The notes beneath the pieces were generated by a model. That model did no database searches, was not told the DNA's origin, and worked only from the letters and a program-made list of their open reading frames with translations. The translations under genes were made by a program, and so were the position numbers. A stretch of 64,000 nucleotides of DNA from a virus. This document shows positions 1 to 10,262 of the stretch, piece by piece; positions within the stretch are counted from its first letter, which is position 1, and each line of letters starts with the position of its first letter. The stretch is from positions 4,936 to 68,935 of IMG/VR virus record IMGVR_UViG_3300033141_003184. The stretch is one strand, 5' to 3'.

Positions 1-2728
1 TCTGAATCTCTGCTTGAACAACTTCCATTTGTATAGAGAAATTACCCGTACTCTCAGCCAATGCTTTAAGAAATTTGACTGAAGTTTCATCACTAAATTT
101 TTGTAATTTCCGAGTTGCTTGATCCAACTTAATAATGAGATCATCCCATCCTTTTGTATTTACTTTCTCTGCCAGAAAAAGCTGATACAGCCCAGTCGAC
201 GTCTTTTGTATTTGAGCGTTTAATAAATCCTGCTTAGCAGACCATGTTCCAAGTGAATCCGATAAAGCTTTGGAATATTCTACTTGTCGTTGCATTTCTT
301 CGCTGGCTGCAGCCGCGGTGTACTCCTTTATTTTCTCTGAGAGAGTACCCATTTCAGTACGCAACTTAATAGTTTCCGCATTAGTCTCTCCTAATTTCCT
401 CTTTGCATTCTCATATCTCTTAATAAGTTCATCTAACCTATTTTTATGTATCTGCAGTATCTCATTATATATATTGAACGATTTTCCCAAGAGAATAGAC
501 TTCAAAGTAGCCGCATCAATATCCTGATTGAATTTAGTTATTTCTACTGTATCAAGAGAATTAAGTAACCTATCAATTTCTTCACGTAATCCCGGTATCT
601 CCTTCTTAGATTTAGCAAATCTATCAGTCAAAATATCTAATACTTTCTCCCATGCTGATGTCTTAGCAGTTACATCATCAAATCGTCCACCAAGTAACTG
701 AGCACGAACGTCAATCACTTTCATTTCCCTTTCCAATTCTTTTGTCGTCCGTAAGAATACCGGATCAACTCCAGCATGATCCTCTATACTCGGCATCCGC
801 TCTATCTCACCACCTATTTCCTTCCATATAGCAAGTAAAGCATCCAATTTAGTCTTCAATTTATCAACCTGCATAAACTTAACTAAATCACTCCGAGGCG
901 GAGTACCAAGTTGCTTCAATTGCCTCCGTATTTCGATTATCTCTTCTCCAATGACTTCTCTCATTGAACGGAGAGTGGTTAACGGTAATTTAGCAATCAG
1001 CTCATGCATCCTTTTTATAGCTCTCTCGGAAGTATCCAATTGTTCCATAACAGGTAGAACTTTAACATTAGTCTTACCAGCCGCCCTCGACCAAACCTGA
1101 GTGAACTTATTTACCTGTTTGTTTATATCACTGGTAGAAATGTTGAGAGCTACATCTATTGGAACCTCCTTTATTAATCCCAAATCCTTTAAGAAACTTC
1201 TAACCTGTTTAGTCCTTTCTTCAGCAATCTTGCTTGCGTCCTCCATTGTTTCGTTTATCTCCTTCTGTGTTGATACAACCTCTTCTCCTCGCTTCTTAAA
1301 TAAAGAATAAGTCCCAACCAATGCTCCAACAGCAACTACAAGAGCTCCAATCGGACCAAGTATCCCACTTACAGTTATTCCAACTGATACAAACGATCTT
1401 CCCACAAATGACAAAACAGGAATCAATGCCCACTTGAACAATCTGATCAGATTAGGAAGAATGTTATTTGTCAGGAACCCCAACACAAGATACAATGGTC
1501 CAGATGCTGCTGTTAACAATCCAATTCTCACTATCAACTTTTTAGTACTATCATCAAGAGCGGAAAACCAATCAGCAAGACGATTAACAATATTTGCCAA
1601 ATCACGAATCAACGGAATTATTTCCTTCCCAATTACCTTACCAAATTTTATTAAAGAAACGCTCGCCAATGACATAGCAGCATTCCATTGAAACTCGAAG
1701 GTAGTTGATGCTGCTTTCAATGCCCTTTCAAGATCACCCTGAGCATCTCTCACTTTCTGCATTACCTGATAATTATACTCATAGTTCTTTCCCATCAAAC
1801 TCAATACTCCGGTAATGGCTCTCACCCTCGGAAACACCCTCGATACAAGATCATCACCATATTCCACTTGTAACTGATTTATCTTCATGAGAGCAGCAAT
1901 CAATCCGCGTTTGGCAAGTAGATTTTTCATTTCCTCCATAGAAGTTCCCAAATCTTCTAATGCAGTTTTTGACTGTTCACTCGGATCAAGCATTGCTCTC
2001 AATACTCCAGCGAGGTAAGTAGAAGCATTAGCAGCTGATGCTCCTTGCAAAGTCATAGCCGCCATAGCTCCAGTAACCTGATCGAATGATACCCCCAATT
2101 CCGCCGCAATAGGGAGCACTTTACCTAAAGACGTGGCAAACTGCTCAGGATAAGCCTTTCCCTCTCTTACAGCGGCTATTAACTGATCCATAGCCTTTTT
2201 AGCGGTAAGCCCTGATCCACGATACGCATTTAGAGCAGATGTTAAAACATTAGCCACATCACTTGTTTTCCCTAAACCAGCAGAAGCTCCTTTCGCCGCT
2301 AACTCAACAATATCAAGAGCTTTAGCAGACTTAAACCCAGCTGATGCTACAAAATACAGTCCCTCTCCTAACTCCTTCGGAGTCTTAGCAACCTGAGGTC
2401 CCATTTGTAATAAAACATCACCCCACTGTTTTGTCTTCTCCTCAGCTATTCCAACCAACCCAGTTATCTTAGCCATGGAAAATTCAAAATCCTTAAAAGT
2501 TTTTGTAGCTACAGTACCAAAAGCAATCAATGGGACAGTCAACATTCGAGTAGCCCGATATCCGTAACTATAGAAGTTAATCATATGTCTACCAGCAGTT
2601 TGTATTCTGGTAGCTGCTTTGTCAGCAGCATCCTGCATAGAAACTGCCATAGTCCTGACTTTTACCTCAGCTTCATAAAGTTGTTTAGTATCAACTCCAA
2701 GAGTTATGATTAACTGCCCTAAATTCAT
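1..2728 (-). CDS. Tail tape measure protein, TP901-like (partial, runs off the left edge)
   Basis: ATG at 2728 overlaps the upstream stop and has an AGGAGG RBS. Translates MNLGQLIITLGVDT...TVPLIAFGTVATKTFKDFEFSMAKITGLVG, a typical TMP N-terminus. Follows the tail chaperones. Missing from the ORF track because it is truncated. Confidence 0.9.
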   Translation of the reverse strand, partial: MNLGQLIITLGVDTKQLYEAEVKVRTMAVSMQDAADKAATRIQTAGRHMINFYSYGYRATRMLTVPLIAFGTVATKTFKDFEFSMAKITGLVGIAEEKTKQWGDVLLQMGPQVAKTPKELGEGLYFVASAGFKSAKALDIVELAAKGASAGLGKTSDVANVLTSALNAYRGSGLTAKKAMDQLIAAVREGKAYPEQFATSLGKVLPIAAELGVSFDQVTGAMAAMTLQGASAANASTYLAGVLRAMLDPSEQSKTALEDLGTSMEEMKNLLAKRGLIAALMKINQLQVEYGDDLVSRVFPRVRAITGVLSLMGKNYEYNYQVMQKVRDAQGDLERALKAASTTFEFQWNAAMSLASVSLIKFGKVIGKEIIPLIRDLANIVNRLADWFSALDDSTKKLIVRIGLLTAASGPLYLVLGFLTNNILPNLIRLFKWALIPVLSFVGRSFVSVGITVSGILGPIGALVVAVGALVGTYSLFKKRGEEVVSTQKEINETMEDASKIAEERTKQVRSFLKDLGLIKEVPIDVALNISTSDINKQVNKFTQVWSRAAGKTNVKVLPVMEQLDTSERAIKRMHELIAKLPLTTLRSMREVIGEEIIEIRRQLKQLGTPPRSDLVKFMQVDKLKTKLDALLAIWKEIGGEIERMPSIEDHAGVDPVFLRTTKELEREMKVIDVRAQLLGGRFDDVTAKTSAWEKVLDILTDRFAKSKKEIPGLREEIDRLLNSLDTVEITKFNQDIDAATLKSILLGKSFNIYNEILQIHKNRLDELIKRYENAKRKLGETNAETIKLRTEMGTLSEKIKEYTAAAASEEMQRQVEYSKALSDSLGTWSAKQDLLNAQIQKTSTGLYQLFLAEKVNTKGWDDLIIKLDQATRKLQKFSDETSVKFLKALAESTGNFSIQMEVVQAEIQ

Positions 2729-3114
2729 TTATTTTCCTCCTTCTTTCTCCTGATACTCGCTGGTAATCTTTTTGAATCATTTAACCTCCTTTCCTTCGCC
2801 ACCTTCTCATTCTGAACACGAGCCATTCCCAATAGTAATTGCTTCATCTCCTCAACGCTCTGTTTCTTCACAGCAACTTTCCTTAATTCACCACTCCAAT
2901 CAGGCATAAAGTCAATAGGAGCCGTAAATTTAGGAATAGTCCCACGTTTCCGATAAATACTCAAATTCATATTCATCAACAATGACTTGAGAGTGGCAAA
3001 ATTGAAATCAGCCCTCCAATCACCTATCGGATCAATTCTATCGTATGCTTCCCACTCACTCAATTGTTCTGATGTTAATTGATCAAGCAGATAATCAGGA
3101 TGAGGGTACCCCAA
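2725..3114 (-). CDS. Tail assembly chaperone, frameshift extension (lambda gpGT-like)
   Basis: LGYPHPDYLLDQLTSEQLSEWEAY..DPIGDWRAD motif. Lies between the chaperone and TMP and is in the -1 frame of the upstream ORF. Confidence 0.8.
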   Translation of the reverse strand: MGYPHPDYLLDQLTSEQLSEWEAYDRIDPIGDWRADFNFATLKSLLMNMNLSIYRKRGTIPKFTAPIDFMPDWSGELRKVAVKKQSVEEMKQLLLGMARVQNEKVAKERRLNDSKRLPASIRRKKEENK

Positions 3115-3116
3115 CG

Positions 3117-3527
3117 CTAAACAGAGGCGGAAGTAGAATTGGCGGCTTGGCCGCCTCTTAAGTTTTTTGTGAGTGCCTCCTTATCTCCCTCAGTAATCTT
3201 ATTCAACTCCTGAGCAACACTTACAATTTTCTCCAATTTAGCCGCGCTCATATTCTGACTGAGAGTAGAAGCATCAGAAGGTTCCAACAGTAAATTTCCC
3301 TGTTCATCACAAACGGTCACAACCGCCAACTTTGCTCTGAAATCATCCAAAGCCTTCTCAAATCCACTTTCAGCGTTTTTACTCTCCACTATCAACGACT
3401 GTTCAAACCGATCTCTTTCCCTACCCGACATCTGCCTGACATATACAAAATCACCATCTCCCAAATCTACTTTCCTTATTTGGAAATCGTCTCGTTTTAA
3501 TAACTTCTTTCTGTCTAATAAAGCCAT
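3117..3527 (-). CDS. Tail assembly chaperone (lambda gpG-like)
   Basis: VYVRQMSGRERDRFEQS...FRAKLAVVTVCDEQGNLL; directly downstream of the tail tube gene. Confidence 0.85.
   Translation of the reverse strand: MALLDRKKLLKRDDFQIRKVDLGDGDFVYVRQMSGRERDRFEQSLIVESKNAESGFEKALDDFRAKLAVVTVCDEQGNLLLEPSDASTLSQNMSAAKLEKIVSVAQELNKITEGDKEALTKNLRGGQAANSTSASV
3123..3168 (-). other. Programmed -1 ribosomal frameshift signal
   Basis: Slippery A-AAA-AAC (3168-3162, minus) followed by stem GGCGGC-CAA-GCCGCC or the alternative AGAGGCGG/CCGCCTCT. The -1 frame reads KLKRRPSRQFYFRLCLALGYPHPD into the next ORF. Confidence 0.85.
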
Positions 3528-3574
3528 GATTAGTTCATTTTTAATTAATTAAATCCATGATTAGGATAAATTCA

Positions 3575-4003
3575 TCAACTACCAGAACCAGAATTTACTG
3601 TGACCTGACCACTAATCTGAATAGTAACATCAGCAGTGATCTTATCATCAGCAGGAATGGTTAATGGTAATTCTGTAACCAATCCCTCAAATTCCAAACT
3701 GGTATTGTCAGCATCAGGTAGAACGATTTCATAATTCTGTAAAGTATCAGACTCGAAATCGCTCTTCATCAGATCGTACGTAGTGCGGGTAAAATTCATA
3801 GAAAGTGTAATTGTACCCGCATTCCGAAATCCAGTGATAAATTCACGATACCCTCCCGTAGAATCGAGAGAAGTAACGTCAATAGTATCTCTGGACATTC
3901 CCGGTCCCGTAATGGAATTTATCTCCGAAATATTCTGCCAAGAAGACCCCGAAGAATCCCATCTACGAAACTTGGTTCCTACTCCAGCAACTGCGTTACT
4001 CAT
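3575..4003 (-). CDS. Major tail tube protein
   Basis: ISEINSITGPGMSRDTIDVTSLDSTGGYREFITG...AGTITLSMNF, lambda-like tail tube; AAGGAGGT RBS. Confidence 0.9.
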   Translation of the reverse strand: MSNAVAGVGTKFRRWDSSGSSWQNISEINSITGPGMSRDTIDVTSLDSTGGYREFITGFRNAGTITLSMNFTRTTYDLMKSDFESDTLQNYEIVLPDADNTSLEFEGLVTELPLTIPADDKITADVTIQISGQVTVNSGSGS

Positions 4004-4006
4004 AGT

Positions 4007-4402
4007 TTACCTCCTTTGTACATTAAAGTTAACAATAAAATTTACTCTTCCGTTCTCATCCCAATCCAGTAGGGCGGGTCCACTGGAACAGTAGATCACG
4101 GTATATAAAGTCCCATTCCATGTCTCGTTTCCTCTACCATGGAGCAGGGTCTTTATCATATTTATTAAAGACCATCCGGTAACATACTCTGTACTCCTCA
4201 CCCTTATCTGTATAGACGGATAGAAATATCCACCATCACCATCGAGAGTGAGTTGTGGAGAAAATCCACCAGAATCATATATAGTAGTACAATTAGCAGG
4301 AGTACTGGGTTGTAATCCTATGAACAGATTAGTTCCAAATACTAATCCAAGACTACTATCAGCTTCCAACATATCCTTTATGTCTTCCGATACCGGGTTC
4401 AT
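4007..4402 (-). CDS. Tail terminator / tail completion protein
   Basis: YPSIQIRVRS...LDWDENGRVNFIVNF; position just before the tail tube. Confidence 0.75.
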   Translation of the reverse strand: MNPVSEDIKDMLEADSSLGLVFGTNLFIGLQPSTPANCTTIYDSGGFSPQLTLDGDGGYFYPSIQIRVRSTEYVTGWSLINMIKTLLHGRGNETWNGTLYTVIYCSSGPALLDWDENGRVNFIVNFNVQRR

Positions 4403-4908
4403 AATCCTTTTATTTTACTCCTTATTATGTTTACAATCTCTCTCTTATTATTTTCTATCGCTCTTTGAAACCATTTTGGACCTGAATTATCCCTTTTCCA
4501 ATTCCTTGCCCCCAACTTCTCGTGAACTGGAGCCGCATAATTAACAGAATATCCCATTACCAACGTAGGCTTCTTTCTATTTTTTGTTATCAAAGCTTTA
4601 GATTCCTCCACCGCCATAGAATGCAACCTGGAATACTCTCCGGCTTTCTTTCCAACAAATTTGGGATTCTTCCCCTTCACAAATCCCTTTTTGGTAACAA
4701 CCACAAACCAACTCGCCCTCAAATTACCAAGATCAACAGGAGTCAAAGGTGGGGTAGTTTCTGTTTCTCTTCTTATCAATATAGCTGATTCAATGAGACC
4801 ATCAATCGTCACTCCTTCCATTTTATTAATAGCCTTATTCAAATTAGCTATCACTATATCTAACCCTTTAATCCCGGTTTTTCCTCCTACTCTTCTCATC
4901 ATTCCCAA
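4399..4908 (-). CDS. HK97 gp10-like neck protein
   Basis: TPVDLGNLRAS and GYSVNYAAPVHE motifs. Confidence 0.8.
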   Translation of the reverse strand: MGMMRRVGGKTGIKGLDIVIANLNKAINKMEGVTIDGLIESAILIRRETETTPPLTPVDLGNLRASWFVVVTKKGFVKGKNPKFVGKKAGEYSRLHSMAVEESKALITKNRKKPTLVMGYSVNYAAPVHEKLGARNWKRDNSGPKWFQRAIENNKREIVNIIRSKIKGL

Positions 4909-5315
4909 GTTATAAATGGTGTCAAATGAGCTTTTATAATATAAGTATCGTCGGAACCAATAGCAGGCGATTTTTCCACCCGTTTAATAATAAAAGCTGA
5001 CTCTTTTTTCGATGGATCGCTTTTTTCCTCAGAAGTGAGATCACTCAAACAACCCAAAAACAATACTCCTTCCACATCCAAATCACTGTCAGTATAAACA
5101 ACCGATCTGGATACTAACTTCCTCCCATCAACATTATTCTCTTCAACTACCTGATCCACATTTTCCCAACGACAAGATATCTCTACCGGAGAATCGTAAG
5201 TATTCTTCCCATAACCATCATTAACCGGATTTCCCCAATAGACAGCTGTTTGTTTATACATCCTACTCAAAAATAAACTAAAACTTGTCATCCTCATCAA
5301 AATTTGGTATAGCAA
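4899..5315 (-). CDS. Head closure protein
   Basis: QTAVYWGNPVNDGYG...PVEISCRWE; position in the neck cluster; true start probably a downstream ATG. Confidence 0.65.
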   Translation of the reverse strand: MLYQILMRMTSFSLFLSRMYKQTAVYWGNPVNDGYGKNTYDSPVEISCRWENVDQVVEENNVDGRKLVSRSVVYTDSDLDVEGVLFLGCLSDLTSEEKSDPSKKESAFIIKRVEKSPAIGSDDTYIIKAHLTPFITWE

Positions 5316-5667
5316 ACATCGAAGCCGAAGCCTTTCCTATGTTACCCATTTTTCCGGTAATATCCAACTGGAGAACGACTTGTCCATACGGAGTCGCTTC
5401 CAATTGTCTACCAAAAGTCCCTATGTAATCAATTTCAGCATCACCAATCTTTTCCCTTCTCGGTAATCTCTCCAAAGCGGATGCTATCAAATGAGCAGCA
5501 TACCACCGTTGTATTTCCCTTTTAAGAGCATCACTCAATTCGGTATCACCTTCAAATACTTTATCCATCAAAGCATCTGCTGTATCTATGAAAGTAAAAA
5601 TGGTACTATCAGATAACTCTGTACTACCAAGAATTACTTTTACCTCATCAACTGTAACTAAAGCCAT
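5278..5667 (-). CDS. Head-tail adaptor protein
   Basis: WYAAHLI...EKIGDAEIDY...LEATPYGQ..LQLD.TG pattern. Confidence 0.7.
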   Translation of the reverse strand: MALVTVDEVKVILGSTELSDSTIFTFIDTADALMDKVFEGDTELSDALKREIQRWYAAHLIASALERLPRREKIGDAEIDYIGTFGRQLEATPYGQVVLQLDITGKMGNIGKASASMFAIPNFDEDDKF

Positions 5668-5669
5668 AA

Positions 5670-6389
5670 TTATACATTTAATCTTTCTTTTACTCTACTC
5701 TTATATAATAGTGGATCAATGAAATTCAAAATCTCGCTATTCCATTTTAATCCCAACCAATCAATAGTCTCATATATCTGAGAATAATCACCATTGACCA
5801 TTCTCTGAGGCCACACCACTTTCACATTTAATCCCTCTGTGATCATCTCTACAAATCTCTTCTCGTGCTGATGCACCCACCATTTCCATCCATCAACCTC
5901 AGTCTTCACTCCAACAGCCCGGCGAAATACCTCCCGTCCAAACGCCCTCATAAAATTAGTATTTAAGCACGATTGAATAATATCACCAGTTCTTCTCCTT
6001 ACTATGATCCATTTAGCATTTGGAAAAGCATAATGCCAAATAGGCCACATAAGACAGGATTTAGCTCCCTTATACATCCATGGTCCACCTGAATACCCCT
6101 CTTCCATCATAATCCCCTCAACCCTCTTCTTCCAATCACGAGGAATTATAAGAGAATTAACATCAGGGAGTGGATACTGACCAAGCGGATCAACTCCAAT
6201 AGAACGGAGATACGGTTTCACTATAGTATCCCTTATCTTAACATTCTCAAACATCCCTTTTCTATTATTTTTATTTGGAGGAGACATCACTCCACCAAAC
6301 GCTCCACAAAGGTTTATTATACCAGCAACCATCGAAGTTCCGCTCCGAGCAGCTCCAGTAATCAATATTGGAGAAGGCATATTACTCAT
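5670..6389 (-). CDS. Sulfotransferase-family protein
   Basis: ILITGAARSGTSMV PAPS-binding loop; FPNAKWIIVRR. Confidence 0.75.
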   Translation of the reverse strand: MSNMPSPILITGAARSGTSMVAGIINLCGAFGGVMSPPNKNNRKGMFENVKIRDTIVKPYLRSIGVDPLGQYPLPDVNSLIIPRDWKKRVEGIMMEEGYSGGPWMYKGAKSCLMWPIWHYAFPNAKWIIVRRRTGDIIQSCLNTNFMRAFGREVFRRAVGVKTEVDGWKWWVHQHEKRFVEMITEGLNVKVVWPQRMVNGDYSQIYETIDWLGLKWNSEILNFIDPLLYKSRVKERLNV

Positions 6390-7069
6390 CGTATCATACT
6401 TTTAAAGCGTTTCTCATTTAATTGCAGCAATTCTCTATCAATCCTATCCTTTGTATGCCATTGATGTTGAACCACAATATCATCTCTCACAACGATAGGA
6501 ATACCCAATTTTTCAACCCTCAGTAAAAAAGCATCATCATCGTAAGCTAATCCGTCATAAAAATACCCAGGAAATCCACCGGCTTTTCGATAAGAACTCC
6601 TCGATATACATGAACAGAAATGATACTTTACATTCCTATGTTTACTATGTTGATACCATCTATCAAAATTACCATCTTTATCCAAACCTTCACAAGCAAC
6701 AACCACATATACATCACCACTATCATCAAGTTCAACATCAAACCCACTCAGTACATCATTCTTATGTCTACATTCAGGATTGGTCAAGACCAAGTATTTT
6801 CCATTGGAGTGTGAATATCCCCAATTAAACAAAGGAGCAGGATTTGTTACCGACATCGGAAACACAGAATGTACAAGTGGGAGGGATTGATGTCCAACCA
6901 AAACCTCAAGCAGCCTATTATGCAACACTTTATCACGAAAATTCTTAAAATCTTCAATCACAAAAACCTCAAAATCATCCCTCCCACCGTACAATCTTTC
7001 GAACGATTGCAAAGTCGACGCTAACTGATCCGCTCTATCGTAATATGGCATAAGAATACTATATTTCAT
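6386..7069 (-). CDS. Glycosyltransferase family 2
   Basis: YSILMPYYDR N-terminus; GGF...GLAYDDDAF...VQHQWH. Confidence 0.8.
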   Translation of the reverse strand: MKYSILMPYYDRADQLASTLQSFERLYGGRDDFEVFVIEDFKNFRDKVLHNRLLEVLVGHQSLPLVHSVFPMSVTNPAPLFNWGYSHSNGKYLVLTNPECRHKNDVLSGFDVELDDSGDVYVVVACEGLDKDGNFDRWYQHSKHRNVKYHFCSCISRSSYRKAGGFPGYFYDGLAYDDDAFLLRVEKLGIPIVVRDDIVVQHQWHTKDRIDRELLQLNEKRFKSMIR

Positions 7070-7992
7070 CTTAATCTCCCGTTTTTATCATAAACCTGAC
7101 GCATCCAAACAACTGTCCTCCTTACTCCTTCCTCTAACCTTACTTTTGGAGAATGATCAAACCATCTCTTTGCTTTAGAAAGATCAGGGAATTTACTCCT
7201 TACATTATGATCCTCTTCTTTCACCATCTCAACTAAAGAAGGATCACCACCAGTCTCCTTCAAAACAATTTCACTCAACTCTTCCACGCTCCTCACCTCT
7301 GTACCACCTACATTCACTACCTCTCTCTCCCGGAAAGACTCAACAGCATTGATCATTGTATGTATAAAATCATCTACATACATAAATGGGCGATAATAAT
7401 TCCGATACACTCGATACGGTAAATTAAATAATGCCCGATATACAAATAGACTAACAACACTACGATACGGAGTATAATACTCTCCAGGACCATACACATT
7501 AAAAAAACGCAATCGCATTATCCGAGAACCGTATCTTTTTTCAAAGTTCATACACTGTAATTCATTCACCCACTTTGTAATAGCATAATCATTTAACTGT
7601 AATACCGGAAAAGCCATCGGTAAATCTTCCTTCAAATGAGCATCCACTTGCTCCCCATATATTTCTGAAGAACTGGCAAATATCAAAGAAAACCGATAAA
7701 TCCTTTGTAATTCCAATATATTTCTTGTTCCAATCACATTCGTCATCCATAAGTTTTCAAAGTATTCCTCTCCATTAATCCTACCAAACTCAGCAGCCAG
7801 ATGAATAACCATATCAAACCCCAGTGAAAGTACTCTATCCACTTGTCGATATTCACGTACGTCCGCTCGAACATACTGAGAGTCACAATCGTGATCCAAA
7901 TCAGTTCCCCACACTTCATGCCCTCTTTCACGAAGAGCCTTTAATAATGGAACTCCTATTACTCCCTTACTTCCTGTGATCAGTATTTTCAT
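7066..7992 (-). CDS. NAD-dependent sugar epimerase/dehydratase
   Basis: ITGSKGVIG, HLAA, SSSEIYG, YAITK (YxxxK) and RFFNVYGPG motifs. Confidence 0.92.
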   Translation of the reverse strand: MKILITGSKGVIGVPLLKALRERGHEVWGTDLDHDCDSQYVRADVREYRQVDRVLSLGFDMVIHLAAEFGRINGEEYFENLWMTNVIGTRNILELQRIYRFSLIFASSSEIYGEQVDAHLKEDLPMAFPVLQLNDYAITKWVNELQCMNFEKRYGSRIMRLRFFNVYGPGEYYTPYRSVVSLFVYRALFNLPYRVYRNYYRPFMYVDDFIHTMINAVESFREREVVNVGGTEVRSVEELSEIVLKETGGDPSLVEMVKEEDHNVRSKFPDLSKAKRWFDHSPKVRLEEGVRRTVVWMRQVYDKNGRLR

Positions 7993-8530
7993 ATTTACTC
8001 CAAACTACAAAATAACAACGTTTATCCTTTTTATCTTTATGAAATTCATTATCAACGAATCCATCAAAACCTAATCTCAATAAATCATCTTCAAACCAAC
8101 GACTCCGATGAGTCTGCCCTTTATGATTACCAAAACCAGTTACATCAATATGCTGTTCTATATTTCCATTAGGTACCATCAATACAATCTTATCAAAATC
8201 TTCTTTTACTTTTCCTATCAATTCTATAGCATCCTTCTTTCTTAAATGCTCCAACGAATCAATAAACATCGCAACTTTACTTCCTCTTAAAGAAGGTAAC
8301 AACTCACGGTACCTTCTCATATCCCCACATACTTTTATACAATCGACACATGTTGCATTTCGAATATAAGGTTCAAACAATTCAATCCCAACTTTCAAAG
8401 GACAATTAACGCTATTTAATCTGTTAAAGAACCCAGCTCCAAATTCTATAGCAACATCAAATCCCTCCGTCTCCTTTCCCAACCAAGACAACCACTTATC
8501 ATGTTCTCCATACCCCTTAACTCTCTTCAT
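7967..8530 (-). CDS. SAM-dependent methyltransferase-like protein
   Basis: AIEFGAGF motif I, GIELFEPY, IDSLEHL..., LMVPNG. Confidence 0.7.
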   Translation of the reverse strand: MKRVKGYGEHDKWLSWLGKETEGFDVAIEFGAGFFNRLNSVNCPLKVGIELFEPYIRNATCVDCIKVCGDMRRYRELLPSLRGSKVAMFIDSLEHLRKKDAIELIGKVKEDFDKIVLMVPNGNIEQHIDVTGFGNHKGQTHRSRWFEDDLLRLGFDGFVDNEFHKDKKDKRCYFVVWSKYENTDHRK

Positions 8531-9191
8531 AACTATTCCAAATTAACCCCAATTCAGAACTTTTCTGTTCGTGTAATCGAGGTTTTCCAGACCATGCTAT
8601 TATATGAGCCCGATCCAATCCTCTTTTGTGTCTCCACATCATCTTACCAATAATATACCCAGACGGCAAATAATTTTGTATTCTATCAACTTCCCAACCT
8701 ACTTTTCGAATTATCCATCCCTGATCACCGTTCATACCAACCTTCTCATTTCGAAGAGAATAAATAATAGCTCCCGGGTCTTTCCGAAACTCATCGTAAA
8801 TATAACTCAACTTTGGAAACCTCCCCATCATTATTCCAGATGCCGGATGATCAGGCAACCTTTTATTAAATCCTGTCAACATTAGAAACCCCGGAGCATT
8901 ATCAGCTAAAGCAATCATATCATCAATGTTACGAAATACTACCGTATCCAAATCAAAGAATAGATAATTATCATCAGGCAAATCTGGACGAAACAATTCT
9001 ATTTTACTCCACCACCCAGGAAAATTATTCTTCAACGGTATTACTTTACATATACTCCGTACCTCCGGATCGTCAGTAAGACATATAAATTCATGAGACT
9101 TGATAGTATTTTTCTTTACTGCAACCTTTAATTTGGTCACATAATCCCGGGAAAAATCCCCACCAGTTTTATATACACAAATCACTTTCAT
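8517..9191 (-). CDS. Glycosyltransferase (GT-A fold, DxD)
   Basis: FICLTD, GWWSKIELF, FFDLDTVV, GDQGWI and GKPR motifs. Confidence 0.8.
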   Translation of the reverse strand: MKVICVYKTGGDFSRDYVTKLKVAVKKNTIKSHEFICLTDDPEVRSICKVIPLKNNFPGWWSKIELFRPDLPDDNYLFFDLDTVVFRNIDDMIALADNAPGFLMLTGFNKRLPDHPASGIMMGRFPKLSYIYDEFRKDPGAIIYSLRNEKVGMNGDQGWIIRKVGWEVDRIQNYLPSGYIIGKMMWRHKRGLDRAHIIAWSGKPRLHEQKSSELGLIWNSYEES

Positions 9192-9883
9192 ATTAACTCC
9201 TTCATAGAAACCTTAGGAAACACATCAATAGCACTATCCGGGTTTACATTCACTATCTCCACTCCCATTCTCTTCGCATCCTCAGCAATTCTCGAAAATC
9301 CGACGAGATGACGATGAAAAGGTAATTGTCTCTCCTTTCTCCTCTCATTTTTATCAATAGGAGTGTATTCACTATGCCAATGTTGTGATCCCACATTATC
9401 AAGCTTCATATCAAATCCCAATAAATATATTCTACCGACCCCAGTATGAACCGCTAATGATATAGCAGCTGCTCCACTATTTGCATTCCACCTCACCTTA
9501 CCTGGAGACTCACTTATTCCTAAACCATTCCTATTATCTTTTGGAAGGTACTTTACAGTCCAAGAGGAAGAGAATCGTTGATGGCAAGTAACCTTCAATC
9601 CTTTGAATTGTCTTATCCTCTCCTCATTCTCCAAATAAAATCTATTATCACCGAAGAACAAAATATCAACCCAATCACCGAGAAAAGCCGAAATATTAAC
9701 TCCTATTATATGTTTATCATGCAAAAACGATAAGTATGGAGAATATGCCTTCAATGGTAGAGATTTGTTTTTTACCGATTCAACTACATGATCTGGTATC
9801 TCAAATTCTCTAACTAATGATGGACCACCTCCTATGATCCAACACTGTCCTCCTTTCCACATCGAAGGCACCGTCCATACCAT
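9188..9883 (-). CDS. DUF115/MAF-like putative sugar transferase
   Basis: CWIIGGGPSL, IGVN, NSGAAAISLAVHTG..RIYLLGFDM motifs. Confidence 0.6.
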   Translation of the reverse strand: MVWTVPSMWKGGQCWIIGGGPSLVREFEIPDHVVESVKNKSLPLKAYSPYLSFLHDKHIIGVNISAFLGDWVDILFFGDNRFYLENEERIRQFKGLKVTCHQRFSSSWTVKYLPKDNRNGLGISESPGKVRWNANSGAAAISLAVHTGVGRIYLLGFDMKLDNVGSQHWHSEYTPIDKNERRKERQLPFHRHLVGFSRIAEDAKRMGVEIVNVNPDSAIDVFPKVSMKELI

Positions 9884-9884
9884 C

Positions 9885-10220
9885 TCATTTCAAACTTTCT
9901 ATTAGTTTTTCGGCTTCTCCCTTTGGTAAGGCTTTTTCATTTATAACCTTACCAGTTTCTGAATTGATTACATCAAACCAACCGCCACCACGATGTTTTA
10001 GAGAATAAACAACGGAAGATTCTCCTTCCTTTACCTCTTCTACTGTCTCCTTCTTTTTTTCCAATCCAAGAGGATCAACCGGTATAACTATATCACGGAA
10101 AGTTTCGGGAATATCAATCGGATCAGCCCAAAACTCCTGATTCGGTTTTATAATCTTCCCCTGGAAACGTAACGATCCACCACCGATTTTCTTAAATTTT
10201 ACCTTCTTATTCCTTTCCAT
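9885..10220 (-). CDS. Hypothetical capsid-associated protein
   Basis: Directly after the MCP; C-terminal KHRGGGWFDV module. Confidence 0.55.
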   Translation of the reverse strand: MERNKKVKFKKIGGGSLRFQGKIIKPNQEFWADPIDIPETFRDIVIPVDPLGLEKKKETVEEVKEGESSVVYSLKHRGGGWFDVINSETGKVINEKALPKGEAEKLIESLK

Positions 10221-10262
10221 AACTCAAAAGTTTAATTGTACATGATTAGTACAAATTAAGAA

